Positions 1 through 11,584 of a stretch of 64,000 nucleotides of DNA are shown here, one piece after another (the stretch's first letter is position 1; the number at the start of each line of letters is the position of its first letter). Under the pieces are notes generated by a model. The model was not told the origin of the DNA, made no database searches, and saw only the letters and a program-made list of their open reading frames with translations. The position numbers and the translations under genes are program-made. Where the stretch lies: assembly GCF_006345805.1 (NCBI RefSeq), contig NW_021829832.1:895062-959061 (forward strand). The letters run 5' to 3'. The stretch is from Octopus sinensis (lineage: Eukaryota).

Positions 1-255
1 TGCAGAGACACATGATTTCGTTTGGATTAGTTAGTTTCTTGATAACATGTTCTCTTCCTGTCTTGATCTTAACAAAAAAAGTGTATCCGGCTTGAGCGGC
101 TCGTTTACATCTTGCGGTAGGGCTAATTACGATATAAAGTTGCAGAGATAATTGCAAAAAATGGTTGCATGATTATTTTAAATTATTTGCCTATTTGATT
201 GCAGAAAATGTTATCCGTAAGGAGGCGATACAAAAATAAAGGTTGAGAACCACTG
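1..255. mobile_element. Terminus of a hAT (Charlie/Buster-type) DNA transposon
   Basis: ggttgagaaccactg at 241-255 is the reverse complement of CAGTGGTTCTCAACC, a typical hAT TIR. The partner end lies outside the window. Confidence 0.5.
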
Positions 256-778
256 CTCTAAACCAATTAATCAACGACACAATGCTAAACAATCTACAGT
301 GAACAAGTTTTCTTATTAAGTTAGAGCATGTCGACTAAAACCGCGGTGACCAAAAGGAAAGGCACTTTTCGGGTACATTGTACCAAATATCTGCTTTTTC
401 GAGGACGATGAACAGAATATAAGTGCAGAGACCTCTTTGACTAATACATTACGTATAGTGGCATAATGTGTAATAAGGGCCAAACATCATGTCTTCATAG
501 AGAAGACGACTTGGACGAAACCTCGTGATTTTTCTGTCCATTTTGTGAAGGAACGCAGCTCTTTCCAAAAGTTTTGCTATTTCGAGACTAATAGCAATTT
601 TTTAAGAGCAATTAAATAAAATAGAACAAAGGCAGAAGCTCCTTGTAATTTTTAAAAACAAATTTCAATATTGGTGTTCCAAACCAAAATCATTATTCGT
701 AATAGACTAGATCACCAGTTATCAGTTTTGTTTATTTATACAAATGGGAGTTAATTATACAAGCCATTTATTAAATAA

Positions 779-1123
779 CTAGTCACTATCTGCGGAAAAT
801 TTAGAAGCCGTAGTTTTTTTTTCCTCCATGTTGTGAATAAACTTACATTTTGGTCCATATGGACAGAACATATTCTCGTGGTAAGCTTTGCACAATTCAG
901 TCTTGTATTTTGGATGAGGCACATAATACCGAAGTTCGCATAGTCCATGAGCAAAGCAGCACTTTTCCCCATAGATGCAGTGTCCAGTCAATGAGTATGA
1001 GCGACATATTTCAGTTTTGTATTTGGAAATTTCTTCCCTCAATAAATTGTTAGATACTTGAAAGTTTCTCATGTGCGCGTAAATAGAACTCGTAGTTCTT
1101 ATATCTTGTCGATAAACGTACAC
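779..1123 (-). CDS. TIS11/ZFP36 (tristetraprolin)-family tandem CCCH zinc-finger ARE-binding protein, very short; 5' end uncertain
   Basis: Two CX8CX5CX3H fingers with KYKTEIC and KYKTELC lead-ins and a HPKY linker. Confidence 0.85.
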   Translation of the reverse strand: MYVYRQDIRTTSSIYAHMRNFQVSNNLLREEISKYKTEICRSYSLTGHCIYGEKCCFAHGLCELRYYVPHPKYKTELCKAYHENMFCPYGPKCKFIHNMEEKKTTASKFSADSD

Positions 1124-1544
1124 TCCTGACTAATACATTAATAGGCCTTCTATCTAAACATGTGTGAATTGGAAGCAATAAGTGTAAATTATGGAAATAT
1201 CGAATTAATAATCCATATGATCAATTCAATCCTTTGCCATGTTTCTGTAGTTATTTATGCATGTCGTGTTCGTCGGGACACAATCTTCGAATAAAAACAC
1301 AAATTAAAAATATATTCCTTGTTAGAATACTTATATTGATTGAGTGTTTTCACTATACATGTTTTTTATTTTAGACCTAAGCATCGAACCACCGAAGACT
1401 ACCGACAAAAATTAGCGATAATTCTTCTCATGAAAAAAAATTAATTAAATAAATATATGGTTGGTACAAAATTATAGTTGTTGACGTAGGGACTATACGC
1501 CAAATGTTTTACAAAAGACTGCTTTCCCTGTTCCCTTGAGAGTG

Positions 1545-1615
1545 GCGTGTGATTCCTCCAACGACTTGAGACCAATTAAATGTATGTCAAATTTATACAA
1601 GCTGGTTACAAAGTC
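1545..1615 (+). mobile_element. Tiny R4-like RT relic
   Basis: Translates DLRPIKCMSNLYKLVTK, matching FRPITCMPCLYKLVTK of the element at 39844-42220. Confidence 0.5.
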
Positions 1616-2039
1616 TTCTATCATTAAAATTACATATGATTTTGAAGCATGCAAGTAAATACTTTATCATTGTTGTTCCTTGTGTGTTTTGTATTAGTCT
1701 GTTTTTTCAATCTGTAAACAAATCATGAGGGTAAAAATATTTATGATAGTAGATAATTAGTAGAGCAAGCATGTTTTTAGGTCTACGTGGTGCCAATAAA
1801 ATGTGTGAAAAATATTCTGCCTAACTTTTTTCCGTTCATCTATTTTCTTTTAAAATGCTAAAACTACTGTTCTCGTCACTATCAATGATGTAAAATATTC
1901 TCTTTCCCAATTTCAAACATAAATAAACACAGGGATATAATTTATGCCGGGTAATAAATACTCGTATGAAAACATCATAAAAAAGTCAATAAAAAGTTCA
2001 TTTTATAATAACTACAGTGGCCATAGATGCCCCACTTTT

Positions 2040-2700
2040 CAATAAAAGTACCAGTTTTTTAATAATTTCGATTTCATCATGGCTCAAAGATGTTCTATAG
2101 AGTTAAAGTCTGGAGATTGGGATGTTTAGTCCAGTATTTCGTGCTTGTTGTCTTTCCAATATTACGTTACAATGGCGCTATTTTTCATTGCCCGTTATCT
2201 TGTTGGAGAATAAATGATTTTAACTCCATTTTTTGTACGGATTGTAAAAGGTTATTTGCTAAGAAATTAATAAGTGATGCGATTCCCAACACCTTCGTAC
2301 GCGAAACATTCCTAAATCATTAATCTTCCTCCTCTGTACTTTACAGTTGACACAATATTGCATTTTAAAACATGTCGATTTTCACGATAAAAAATTTGAC
2401 GTTTTTAATTATTAAAGACATCAAACATTGACTTGTCCGACAAAATGACTGTTTTTCACATGTCATTAGAGATGCTGAGAATTTTTTGCATGTACTCATC
2501 TCGATTTAATATTTTTACAGTCAACATTGGTTTACGTTTTGCAACTCAAGCATTTCATTTCAAAAATTTGAGCAATTGTGAAATATCAATATTGAATTAA
2601 TCTTCAGAAATAGTGGAAAGAGATACATAGACGGTTGAATTCACGATATCTCAGATAACTCATTGGATTGGTCATTTGTCATAGTAAGTAGACGTCCCGA
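2040..2700 (-). mobile_element. Degenerate Tc1/mariner transposase
   Basis: Minus strand reads FILQQDNG and LD*TSQSPDFNSIEHL, decayed forms of the FQQDNA and WPSQSPDLNPIEHLW motifs, with stops. Boundaries approximate. Confidence 0.65.
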
Positions 2701-2749
2701 AATTATTTTTCGAGTAGAAATCCCATTTTTCAAATCCAATGTTTTATGA

Positions 2750-3720
2750 CAGACACGTCGCTTTCCGGATGATTTTCTTCGTTATACACCTCTACGCTCC
2801 TCTGGAGATGGCGATTTTCTGGAGGTTGTCTTTTTATAGTTTCATTTCAGCATTTTGTAGGTCATTTTGTATGGATAGTGGCACAGTTATACGTTGTGTG
2901 CTTCGAAAACAGCTGGTGCTTAGCCATTGTGTGGTTTGCAAAGGCGGCAGGATCCATTCTTAAGATATGTCCCTATCGACCATTCCCTTTAATGGTCCCC
3001 AAGCATTCAAATTGAAATGTAGCGTATAGTGTTGTCGATTATCCTCGGATAGCATACTTCCAGTATGGATTTTAGTTGTCGTCTGTGAAAACATTTAGGT
3101 TTTGACCTCGTTCAGACCCCTCGTTCCCAAGTTGTATAGCAGTATACGCAGAAAAAATGCGTAGTATAGTCGCATTTGCACACGTATTGGAATTGGCGTG
3201 TATTTTAGCCATTTTGAAGTTAATCTTTTAAGTGCACGGATCGAAAACATTTTTCTTAACTTGTAATCATCCCAGTCTCCAAGTAGTGATCTGTTCTTCT
3301 ATATTTCACATTTGTCAATTGACTTTCTTTTTTGATAATTGTGAGGTCGGACTTTGGTTCCTATACTTTTAGAAACCATTTCCCGAATACTCCAGGGACA
3401 CGATTGAGCGCTTTTTTGATCTCGATTTTTTCCAATAAAAAGTCTACTTCATCCGCTTAGATCAGTTCTGTGATCGAACTTAAGCAATTTTGCTTTTATG
3501 TCATTGATAGCAGTCTTCAGGTGAATAACAAATAGTATTGGCAATAAGGAGTTGCCTTTTGGGGTACTAATATGTGTTTTGAAAATTAGGTCAACGATTT
3601 GAAGAAGGGCGCTTTAACTGAGGACGTAGCCAGGACAATAATGCGACTTTAAGAAGTGAGTAGTAAAACTTTCAACTTGATGTCGAAAGTGGGTAGGAAG
3701 TGGATTTTGTTGCTATATTC
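2750..3720 (-). mobile_element. Degenerate RTE-like non-LTR retrotransposon fragment
   Basis: Minus-strand pieces TPKGNSLLPILFVIHLKTA, ADEVDF, SLLGDWDDYKLRK and FHRRQLKSIL align with the element at 50770-51905. Frameshifts and stops present. Confidence 0.7.
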
Positions 3721-3844
3721 TGTGATGAGAAGGCGTCTAAAAAAATAACGAAGATTAATTCAGCAAGATATAGTGTAAGTTAAAAGTCCAGTCGAATTAT
3801 TAAGGAAATTTGTAACTCAGATATAACTTTCAAAAATATTAATT

Positions 3845-4567
3845 ATGATGACGTGTTTTTGTTGTTTGTTGTTTTCTCTAATATTTGTTGATTGCTCAAG
3901 TTTATAATTGAAAATCAAACTCGTAGATGAACAATTTGTAAATGTCGGATCTTGTATTAAACTATTGAGTGATCGATATTCTGTTAGACTTCACTCTCAT
4001 GATCTACGATACGGCTCGGGGAGTGGATTGCAGGTTCACTTGATTATTTTTGTATTTGTTCAGTCGGTGACAGGGATAGACTCGGTGACATCGCATAACA
4101 GTCATTGGGCCATCAAATCCGACAATCAAATACACGGGTTGTACATTCAAGTGTTAGTCAAGTGACCACGTTGAGTGCAATTCGGACGTGCAACTAGTCC
4201 ATACAGACACTGGTCAATATCTCCATTCAGAAGACATTCCGTCCCCATTTTCAGGCTGTCAGGAAGTGAGTTGTTCCAACCAATCTGGGGACGGAAATGA
4301 GTGGGTCGTCGAATGCCCCGGAGAGTTCTGGAATAGAAATGACAAAGTGCACTTGCGACATAAATTGACTAACAAGTTTGGATCCTTCTTATATTTTGAT
4401 ATCTTCACGTGTCTGGCAAAAAGTATGGGAACCCACAGGATCAATTCGAGATTTGCGCAGTAAAGGAGAGGTGGAAGTCGACGGGGTGGACTGCAATGGA
4501 GGGGGTCTACGTCGTCAGCAACAGACCTGGGGGGTCGTGGAAGGATCGAGCTTATAATGAACTGTGA
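3845..4567 (+). CDS. SDF2: Stromal cell-derived factor 2-like MIR-domain ER protein (4 introns)
   Basis: Signal peptide; GSCIKL..RLHSHDLRYGSGSGLQSVTG; YLHS; WTAMEGVY; C-terminal YNEL (KDEL-like). Introns of 27, 30, 25 and 23 nt; the last is apparently GT-TG. Confidence 0.9.
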
Positions 4568-5388
4568 TATTGCTTTACATTTTTAATTTTGAATGGAACT
4601 TAAATGATTTTTGGGTTAGTTTTAGACATCCGGTATTAATTCTAAGCCCTCATTTTGTATTCTCTTTGGCAATTTGTTTTTGACATAGTCATTAAAAGTA
4701 TTATGTCAGTATTGCCAACATGAACGAGTTAACTGTTGCCCTGGACAGTGCGAGTTACTCAATTATTATTTGGTATATAAACAAGGAGATTGAAAAAATC
4801 TGAGTGTTTCCTCACTTGCAGGCAGTTTGACATGGAAGGGAGTGGAGCCAACCTCGTCGGTGTGTAGGCCGCAAAGACATGTTTGTTAGGCCGAAATGGT
4901 TAGGCCGAGACGTTGGGAAATTCCGATTCTCAGCGATTCCTCCAAAAGGCAAGCAGCTTCTTATATTAATGTAAATAATATTTATTCTTAAGTTTAAATG
5001 TAAGTGTAGAAAAACAGAAAAAAGTCACTACTACACGTATTTATAACACAGCACTTCTGCGAAGACAGAAACACGTATGTAACTGAGCCTTCACTTGTGG
5101 CATCCATGAACAGAGCAAGTTAACTATTTAATTAATTCCGAGATAGGAGGTCCTTTTAATTTCTCTTTTCTTATAGTTTCTTTGTATTTGAGATAAGTGG
5201 AATAGAGGGAGATCACCTCATCAAAAATACGGAGATGGCTGGGCCTTTTTTCTTATAATAAAAATTACTAATTTATATTAACAGTAAATAATTGAGAGTA
5301 GAAACGCTTAAAATTATTTTATATTAAGACAGCCGCTGTAAAATAAATAAAAAGTCGAGTTCACGTGACTGAAATAATTTCTGTTGCA

Positions 5389-8024
5389 ATGAACAAAACC
5401 AAGTAAAATAAAATAAATATCGAGTTATGGCATCATCGACACTTTCAAGTCAATTTTTACAGGCGGGCCGATTAAAGCAACGAAGGACGGAAAATCGGTG
5501 ATGTGCCTATGCGCTGGCTCACTCAAAGTAATATCCATCTCGACTGGGCGGGAGACCTATTCATTTGCCGAGGTTCACTAAACATCGAATTTGTAGGAAG
5601 AAGATCCCATCACTCAATTCAGTCTTTCCTCAGATGAACAGGTAGTCTCTCCTAACATTCCCAGTTCATACTGACTGCTCACCAAAGTCTGCTTCTCCGC
5701 CATTGGAGTTGGCCAGGGGGGAGAATAAACAAAGTATGGAAGTCGGGACATTCCTCTGCAATCAGTTGCCTCCATGTCCACTCCTCCACACTTGTGTCCG
5801 GGGGGTGTGACCACGTTATTAGACTGTGGGATGTCCAACATTTTTACTGCACTCACACACTGAAAGCACATTCGTCCCCCATCGTGTTAGTACTTGGGCA
5901 TATTCCAGAACATTTCGAATTATCGACCAACTGCTCTTCTCTGTCGGGTCAGAGGGGGAAGTGGTTGTCTTCGGCTTGCTGGAAGGAGATCTGAAAGCAC
6001 GGATCAGTCTCCACACTGCTCCTGTCACTGACTGTACCTTCCACGGACACTACTTCTGCAGGTATGTCGACTTGTAGTACGCAGTGTGTCCAATGACTCC
6101 ACCATGTCCTTGTTCGACCTGCACTCACTCACTTTGGAGAGGTCTCTGGCCACTCACGAGGAAATGCAGGCAGTGCTCTCCACCAAGGATGGGCTGCTCA
6201 CTTTCGGGTGCTGTGGTAGACTTGGTGAGTCATTCATAGGGACTGCTGTTTTGTGGGATGTGGAAAGGTCGTCGATCCTGCGCAAGTCGAAGGTAGGTGA
6301 CTATTCTATCAATTCGGTTGCATTCCTGGGGGAGGAGGGGATGTATATTGCTACCACTACTCACAATACTCTCCTCATCCTCGATCATTCTCTCCAACTG
6401 ATCAAACAGGTGCGAGTCTGTATGTCAGTGCAGATTCCCGGTGACTATGATGGTGTTGTCTCGGTGGCATTTGTGGGGAAGCATTCTCGCAATATTGCAG
6501 TGGCAAGTTCCACTCTGAGTGTCCTCCGACTATTTTCTGTGTTTGGTGGTCATTCGGTCAGTTATACTCATCACACAACTCATCTCCTGGCTGCTCGTCC
6601 CTCTCACGACAAACAATTTATAATTTCTGCGTCGAAGGATGGAATGGTCGTCGTGTGGAGATTCAACGAGGAGGACGAGTCTTTATCTGTGCACAGTGTG
6701 GCCACTGGACATACTTGTGGTGTCAATCTGCTTGATTTTGCACAGTCTGATTGTCGGTGTAATCGAATAGTGGCGGGTCCTTTATTCTGAGTGCCAGTGG
6801 GGAGGATTGTCACGTCAAGATGTGGCCGATGGGGACAAAAGTATTGACTGCCCGAAGGACTGTCCGGGCTCACGCTAAAATGGTGACTGGGCTGGTTATT
6901 TCCCCCAACGACGAACTGTTTGCGACATGTTCCAGAGACAAGTTAATTAAGGTTTGCTTGTGTTGAGAAAACTCAGCTTTGGAATATTTCTAACTTTGAA
7001 TTGGTGTCTCTTTTTCGGGGACACCTCAAAGCTGTAATGTCCATTGCGTTCTCTCCCTTCGACAAAGTCGTGTTTTGTACTGATTATAGGTCCTGGCGAG
7101 TGGCTCTACTGATGGGAGTATTTTCATTTGGTCACTGACAAGTCGCACTGTCCTCCTTACTTTGGACGGGCACGACAAATCTATTCTACACATTCAATTC
7201 ATCAGCAGAGGCACTCAACTCATGACCAGCGGTGGTGATGGACTACTCCGTCTGTGGGCAGTCAAGACAAGGGAGTGTATAAGAACATTCGACGACCACA
7301 AGGAGAGGGTCTATTCCTTTGATTTTAACGCTGATGAATCACGTTTTGTTTCTGCTGGTTCGGACTCGGTCATTCACGTTTGGCGGGATTTGACTGAACA
7401 AGACCGCCAACAAGAATACAACGATAGTCAGGTCCTAAACACCAAGTCTGCATGTCACTTTATTTAATAGAAAGCAAAAGCTGGATAATTATATCAAAAC
7501 TGGCCAAGTCGTGGAGGCCTTTCCTTTGACGCTCGAGTTGGAGAGGCCTCAGTGTCTCCTTCAAATAATTGAGAGTTTTTTTGTTTTTGATTACTTCAGA
7601 ATTATATAAGGACGGGAATTGTGCAGAAATTCTCAGAGAATGTCTCGAGAACTTATCCAGTTCCAATTTGGGTTGTTTTAGCTATTTTCACGCAGATAAT
7701 TTGCTGGATTACTGTCTCGCTTGGAACAGTAATACGAGGACGTGTTTTCATGCACAGCTGGTTTTAGCTGCATTGCTTAATGGAGTGGTACCTGAGGAGT
7801 TGATCTCTAAAGCGGGAAATATCCGCTCAGTTGTGGACGGATTAATTTCATATCAGCAAAGACATTTCCGCAGAGTGTCTAGTTTGGTCGAACAAACGGG
7901 CTTTTTGGAGTTTGTTGCTGCTAATTTTGTTGGGTTCACTTCCGAAAAGTCTGTGGATAGGGACGATGATGTAAATGTCCAATTTGACTTGTCCGACATG
8001 ATTAGAAATAGTGCTGCTCAATAA
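5389..8024 (+). CDS. TBL3: WD40-repeat SSU processome protein TBL3/Utp13 (~13 introns of 22-26 nt)
   Basis: Multiple WD repeats (GH..., LRLW, HVW) and a C-terminal Utp13 domain (LLDYCLAWNSNTRTCFHAQLVL..YQQRHFRRV). The frame is continuous after removing GT-AG mini-introns. Confidence 0.88.
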
Positions 8025-8099
8025 AGTGATTATATTTTCACTTGAATATATCAGTTAATCTTATTAATTACGGTCGCAAGCAAATTATCACTTTAGAGA

Positions 8100-11000
8100 C
8101 TAATCTACCATTGATTGATTTTGCAGTGCATGCTGTCAATTGGTGTTGATTTCAGACACCCCGATATAATGCGCATAGTCTTGTTTTGAACTGATTCAAG
8201 TCCCACGCTGGAGCTTGTAGATAAGGAGGGAGGCCAGTCCGGACTTGCGTAACAGTGTCAAGTTGTTTGTGTCGTTGGCCGGAAAGTCGTGAAAATAAAG
8301 GTTGAACAAAATTAAAGACAGGAGTGAATCCTGCGGTTTCCAGTTTAGGAAATCGTGTTGTTTAGAACAATTATCCACGAGGGAGACGTAATCCATGCGA
8401 CACGATAAGAAGTTTGCAAGCCAGGATTTTAGTTTGAGCTTAGATTGTTGCGAGAATTTTGTTGGTGAGACTGCATCGAGGGACGCTGTCAAAAGCCTTA
8501 GAGATTTCGATGAAAGCTAGGATTGTTCATTTTAGCAGTCTCTTCTCATTAAAGCCGTCCATAACTAATTGGGAAAACTTTTTTAAGTGAGTAGCTGTTG
8601 AGTGCAATGGTTCGAAACCATGTTGGAAGTTGGTAAGTGATTGGGTACGCGTAAAAAGATTAGTTTTTCAAGTATTTTAGCTAGCTTGCACAAAAAAAGA
8701 TTGGGCGGTAGGACCTTGGAATGCCAGGCGGTATTTTTTGTTTGATCAATGGAATAATACATGATTTCTCCAGAGAAACGGAATTTTGTTTTTTGCAACG
8801 GAATTGTTGTAAATAGAGACTATGCCATTAATGATGTTAGGGCCAAGTCTCTTAAGGTGATAGATTAAAATGTTGTTATGACCCGTTGCGGAGGAGTTTT
8901 CGAGTTTTTAATATATTGCGAGACTTTGTCTGCAGAAAAAGATGGTATAGTTCCCGTGAGTGATAGCTTTTTCAGAAATTTTGCAACCTTTCGATCATTT
9001 TTGTTAGATGTTTTGTTACTTAATGATGCGTAATATTTCAGTAGCGTATTTGGTGTTTGAATGAGAAATATCAGATTCATAGTATTTTGGCTTTTCATAC
9101 ATCAAACCATTCATGTCTTTAGGGGTCTTCCAGATTTTAGAGCTATTTGATCCGTAGTCGATTGAGACGATAAATTAAGTCCACTTGGAATCTGCGTGCA
9201 GATTTATAGCAGCGGTGATTTGTTAGTTAGAGAACCCGATAAAGTGCTCTTTTATCTGCTTCAGTTTGTTGCGAGTTTATACGAGGCAGTTTATTTCGTA
9301 GCTGTAACTATTGGCGGCTCTGGACGATGCCACTATTGGCGGCTCCCCAGAGACGATTTTAAGAGACGCTTTGTTGTTGGCACCTGCACTTCTGAGGATT
9401 GGATTGGAGATTAACCCCACCAAATCCGAATTAGTCGGTCTCAACATTCCTGATAAACGCCTTGACGACCTTTCATCGTCCCTCCGCACTGGTCTTGGCC
9501 AAGTGCGCGCGACTGACGTAAATGATCTCCGGATCCTTGGATCCCCCATCCTGCCGACTGCTATTAAGACTGATCTTCTTACCAAACATTCCACGTTAAC
9601 TATTTTGCTGGACCGCCTCACGTTTTTGGACAGCCACGTCGGCCTGTTTCTTGCGAGAAACTTTTTCGCCCTGCCTAAATTACTCTACTCCCTCAGAAGT
9701 GCACCTTGTTACCTACATGAGGACATTCTCACTGATCTCGGCGACTCCCTTCGTTCGAAGATCGAATCAATATGCAATGTCGAGTTCGACTCTTTGGGGT
9801 GGAGTCAAGCTTCACTCCCCGTACGCCACGGAGGCCTTGGAATTCGGTGCCCGAATGATGTTGCACTGCCTGCCTACCTGTCGTCACTTTCTTCATGCCA
9901 GAAACTCATGGGCACGGTTCTCCCAACCGATTTTGAACATTACGTGCCTTCTGAGTTATCATCGGCGGTCGTAAAGTGGCACTCGCTAGGACTGGAAATC
10001 CCAGAGGATCAGCATAAGCAATTTGTTTGGGACGAAGTCCGCCTACAATCCCGAATCCATTCTTTACGTAAATCTCTCGACCAACACCGCTTGGCCTGCT
10101 TTGAGACGGCATGTCGCTCTCACAGCGGAGCCTGGCTAAATGCCACTCCACTGCCGAGCATTGGGAACCTTCTGGACTGCGAGTCCGTACGCACTGGAAT
10201 CTGTTTACGTCTCGGTCTTCGCCTATGCGAGCCACATGTCTGCCGCTGTGGCGCGAAAATCTGTCGCTTTGGATTGCACGCTCTATCGTGCAGACGCAGT
10301 GCTGGTCGCATCCCGCGTCACGCCGCTCTTAACGACCTTATCAGGAGAGCCCTGGAAGTCGCCGGAATCCCCTCCTTGCTTGAACCCACTGGGATCGATC
10401 GGGGGGACGGAAAAAGGCCTGACGGGATAACTGTGTTTCCTTTCAACAGGGGGAAGCCTCTCACCTGGGATGCCACGTGTGTGGACTCTTTCTCGCCTCA
10501 GAACCTGCTGATGTCGGCCTCCGCTCCTGGATCTATTGTCACAACCGCGGAATGCAAAAAGATGCGGAAGTACTCCTCACTTACGGAGAAGTTCCAATTT
10601 CTTCCATTCGCGGTTGAGACTTCCGGTTCCTTGGGCAGTAAGACAATCAGCTTCGTTCAGGAGATCGGATCCCGCATGTCTGCCATCACAGGCGACGCCC
10701 GCGAATCGAGATGGTTTTTCGAGCGGATATCCCTTGCGATAGTACGCTCTAATTCTTTCTCGATCGCGTCGGCTTCCCGCACTTGAAGCTTTTAATTAAT
10801 TAACTTGTAGTTATTGGTTGGTTTTCATTAAAAAAAAAGTTTAGCTGTAACTTGGACGGGATTTTTTTATTGTTCCTTAAAGATGAATTTTTGGAATTGG
10901 AAATGATAAGAGGGTTTAGGTGATCGACTGCTGCATCTGTCGAGCGAAAGCTGTTGTTGTTGAAATCATTTAGAAAATTTTTTTGAGCTAGACGGTATTC

Positions 11001-11520
11001 GTCAAAAAACTCTTTTGTAGTTACTGTAACAGCGGCGTTGTAGGTCAATGTTAGATATCAGAGCATTCTCGATTTCGATTGGGTTATGGTCAGTGGTCAG
11101 GTCATAAACGATCTTCCAGGAGGTGACAGAAGTCAAAATTTGAGTATACAATGAAATGTTGGGAAAGAAAATTGCGTTGCTTTTTCTCTACGGGGTTATG
11201 GTATGAGATGTATATATTGATCAGTCTCCTGGTTGAACACTCTGTAGAGACCGTTATAGCTGTCTACTCAATCACTATGTCATTATCGATTTTCTAGTAG
11301 GCTTATGATGTGCAGTTAGTGAATAGGCTTGATTTTCTGATAAGGGTTAAAAGGCCGCCGCCATTTAAAAAGTACGGTCTTTCTCGTCGGATGTATGAGT
11401 AACCCGGGAAGTCAAGCTGACGGTTTTTGGATGAGAGCTTTGTTTTTTGCACTAAAGAAATGCTCTTCTTTAACATACAATTCAGTCAGTACTCTTTTTT
11501 TATAACATGTGCGCTAGTCG
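8100..11520 (-). mobile_element. Decayed APE-RT LINE interrupted by a CRE-like insertion
   Basis: Endonuclease-like ISLVQKTKL..FPGYSYIRRERP..GGG (~11350-11470) and TTDHNP (~11080); RT pieces LKSWLANFLS and PQDSLLSLILFNLYFHDFP; many stops. Confidence 0.7.
9310..10841 (+). mobile_element. 5'-truncated CRE-like non-LTR retrotransposon (RT C-terminal half plus RLE endonuclease)
   Basis: 491-aa ORF with LDDATIGG, LPVRHGGLG, CRC..H..SC zinc knuckle, RH, KRPDG and ETSG; A-rich tail; 11-bp TSD tagctgtaact at 9299-9309 and 10842-10852. Confidence 0.85.
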
Positions 11521-11584
11521 TTGTCTACTCGAATAAATATTTTAATTGATTTTTCATTAATTAAACAGTGGTGGATTAGTCAAC

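Noticed and set aside
2750-3760. Intron-rich host gene on the minus strand
   Set aside because: Frames could not be joined by mini-introns; the peptides match the RTE-like element.
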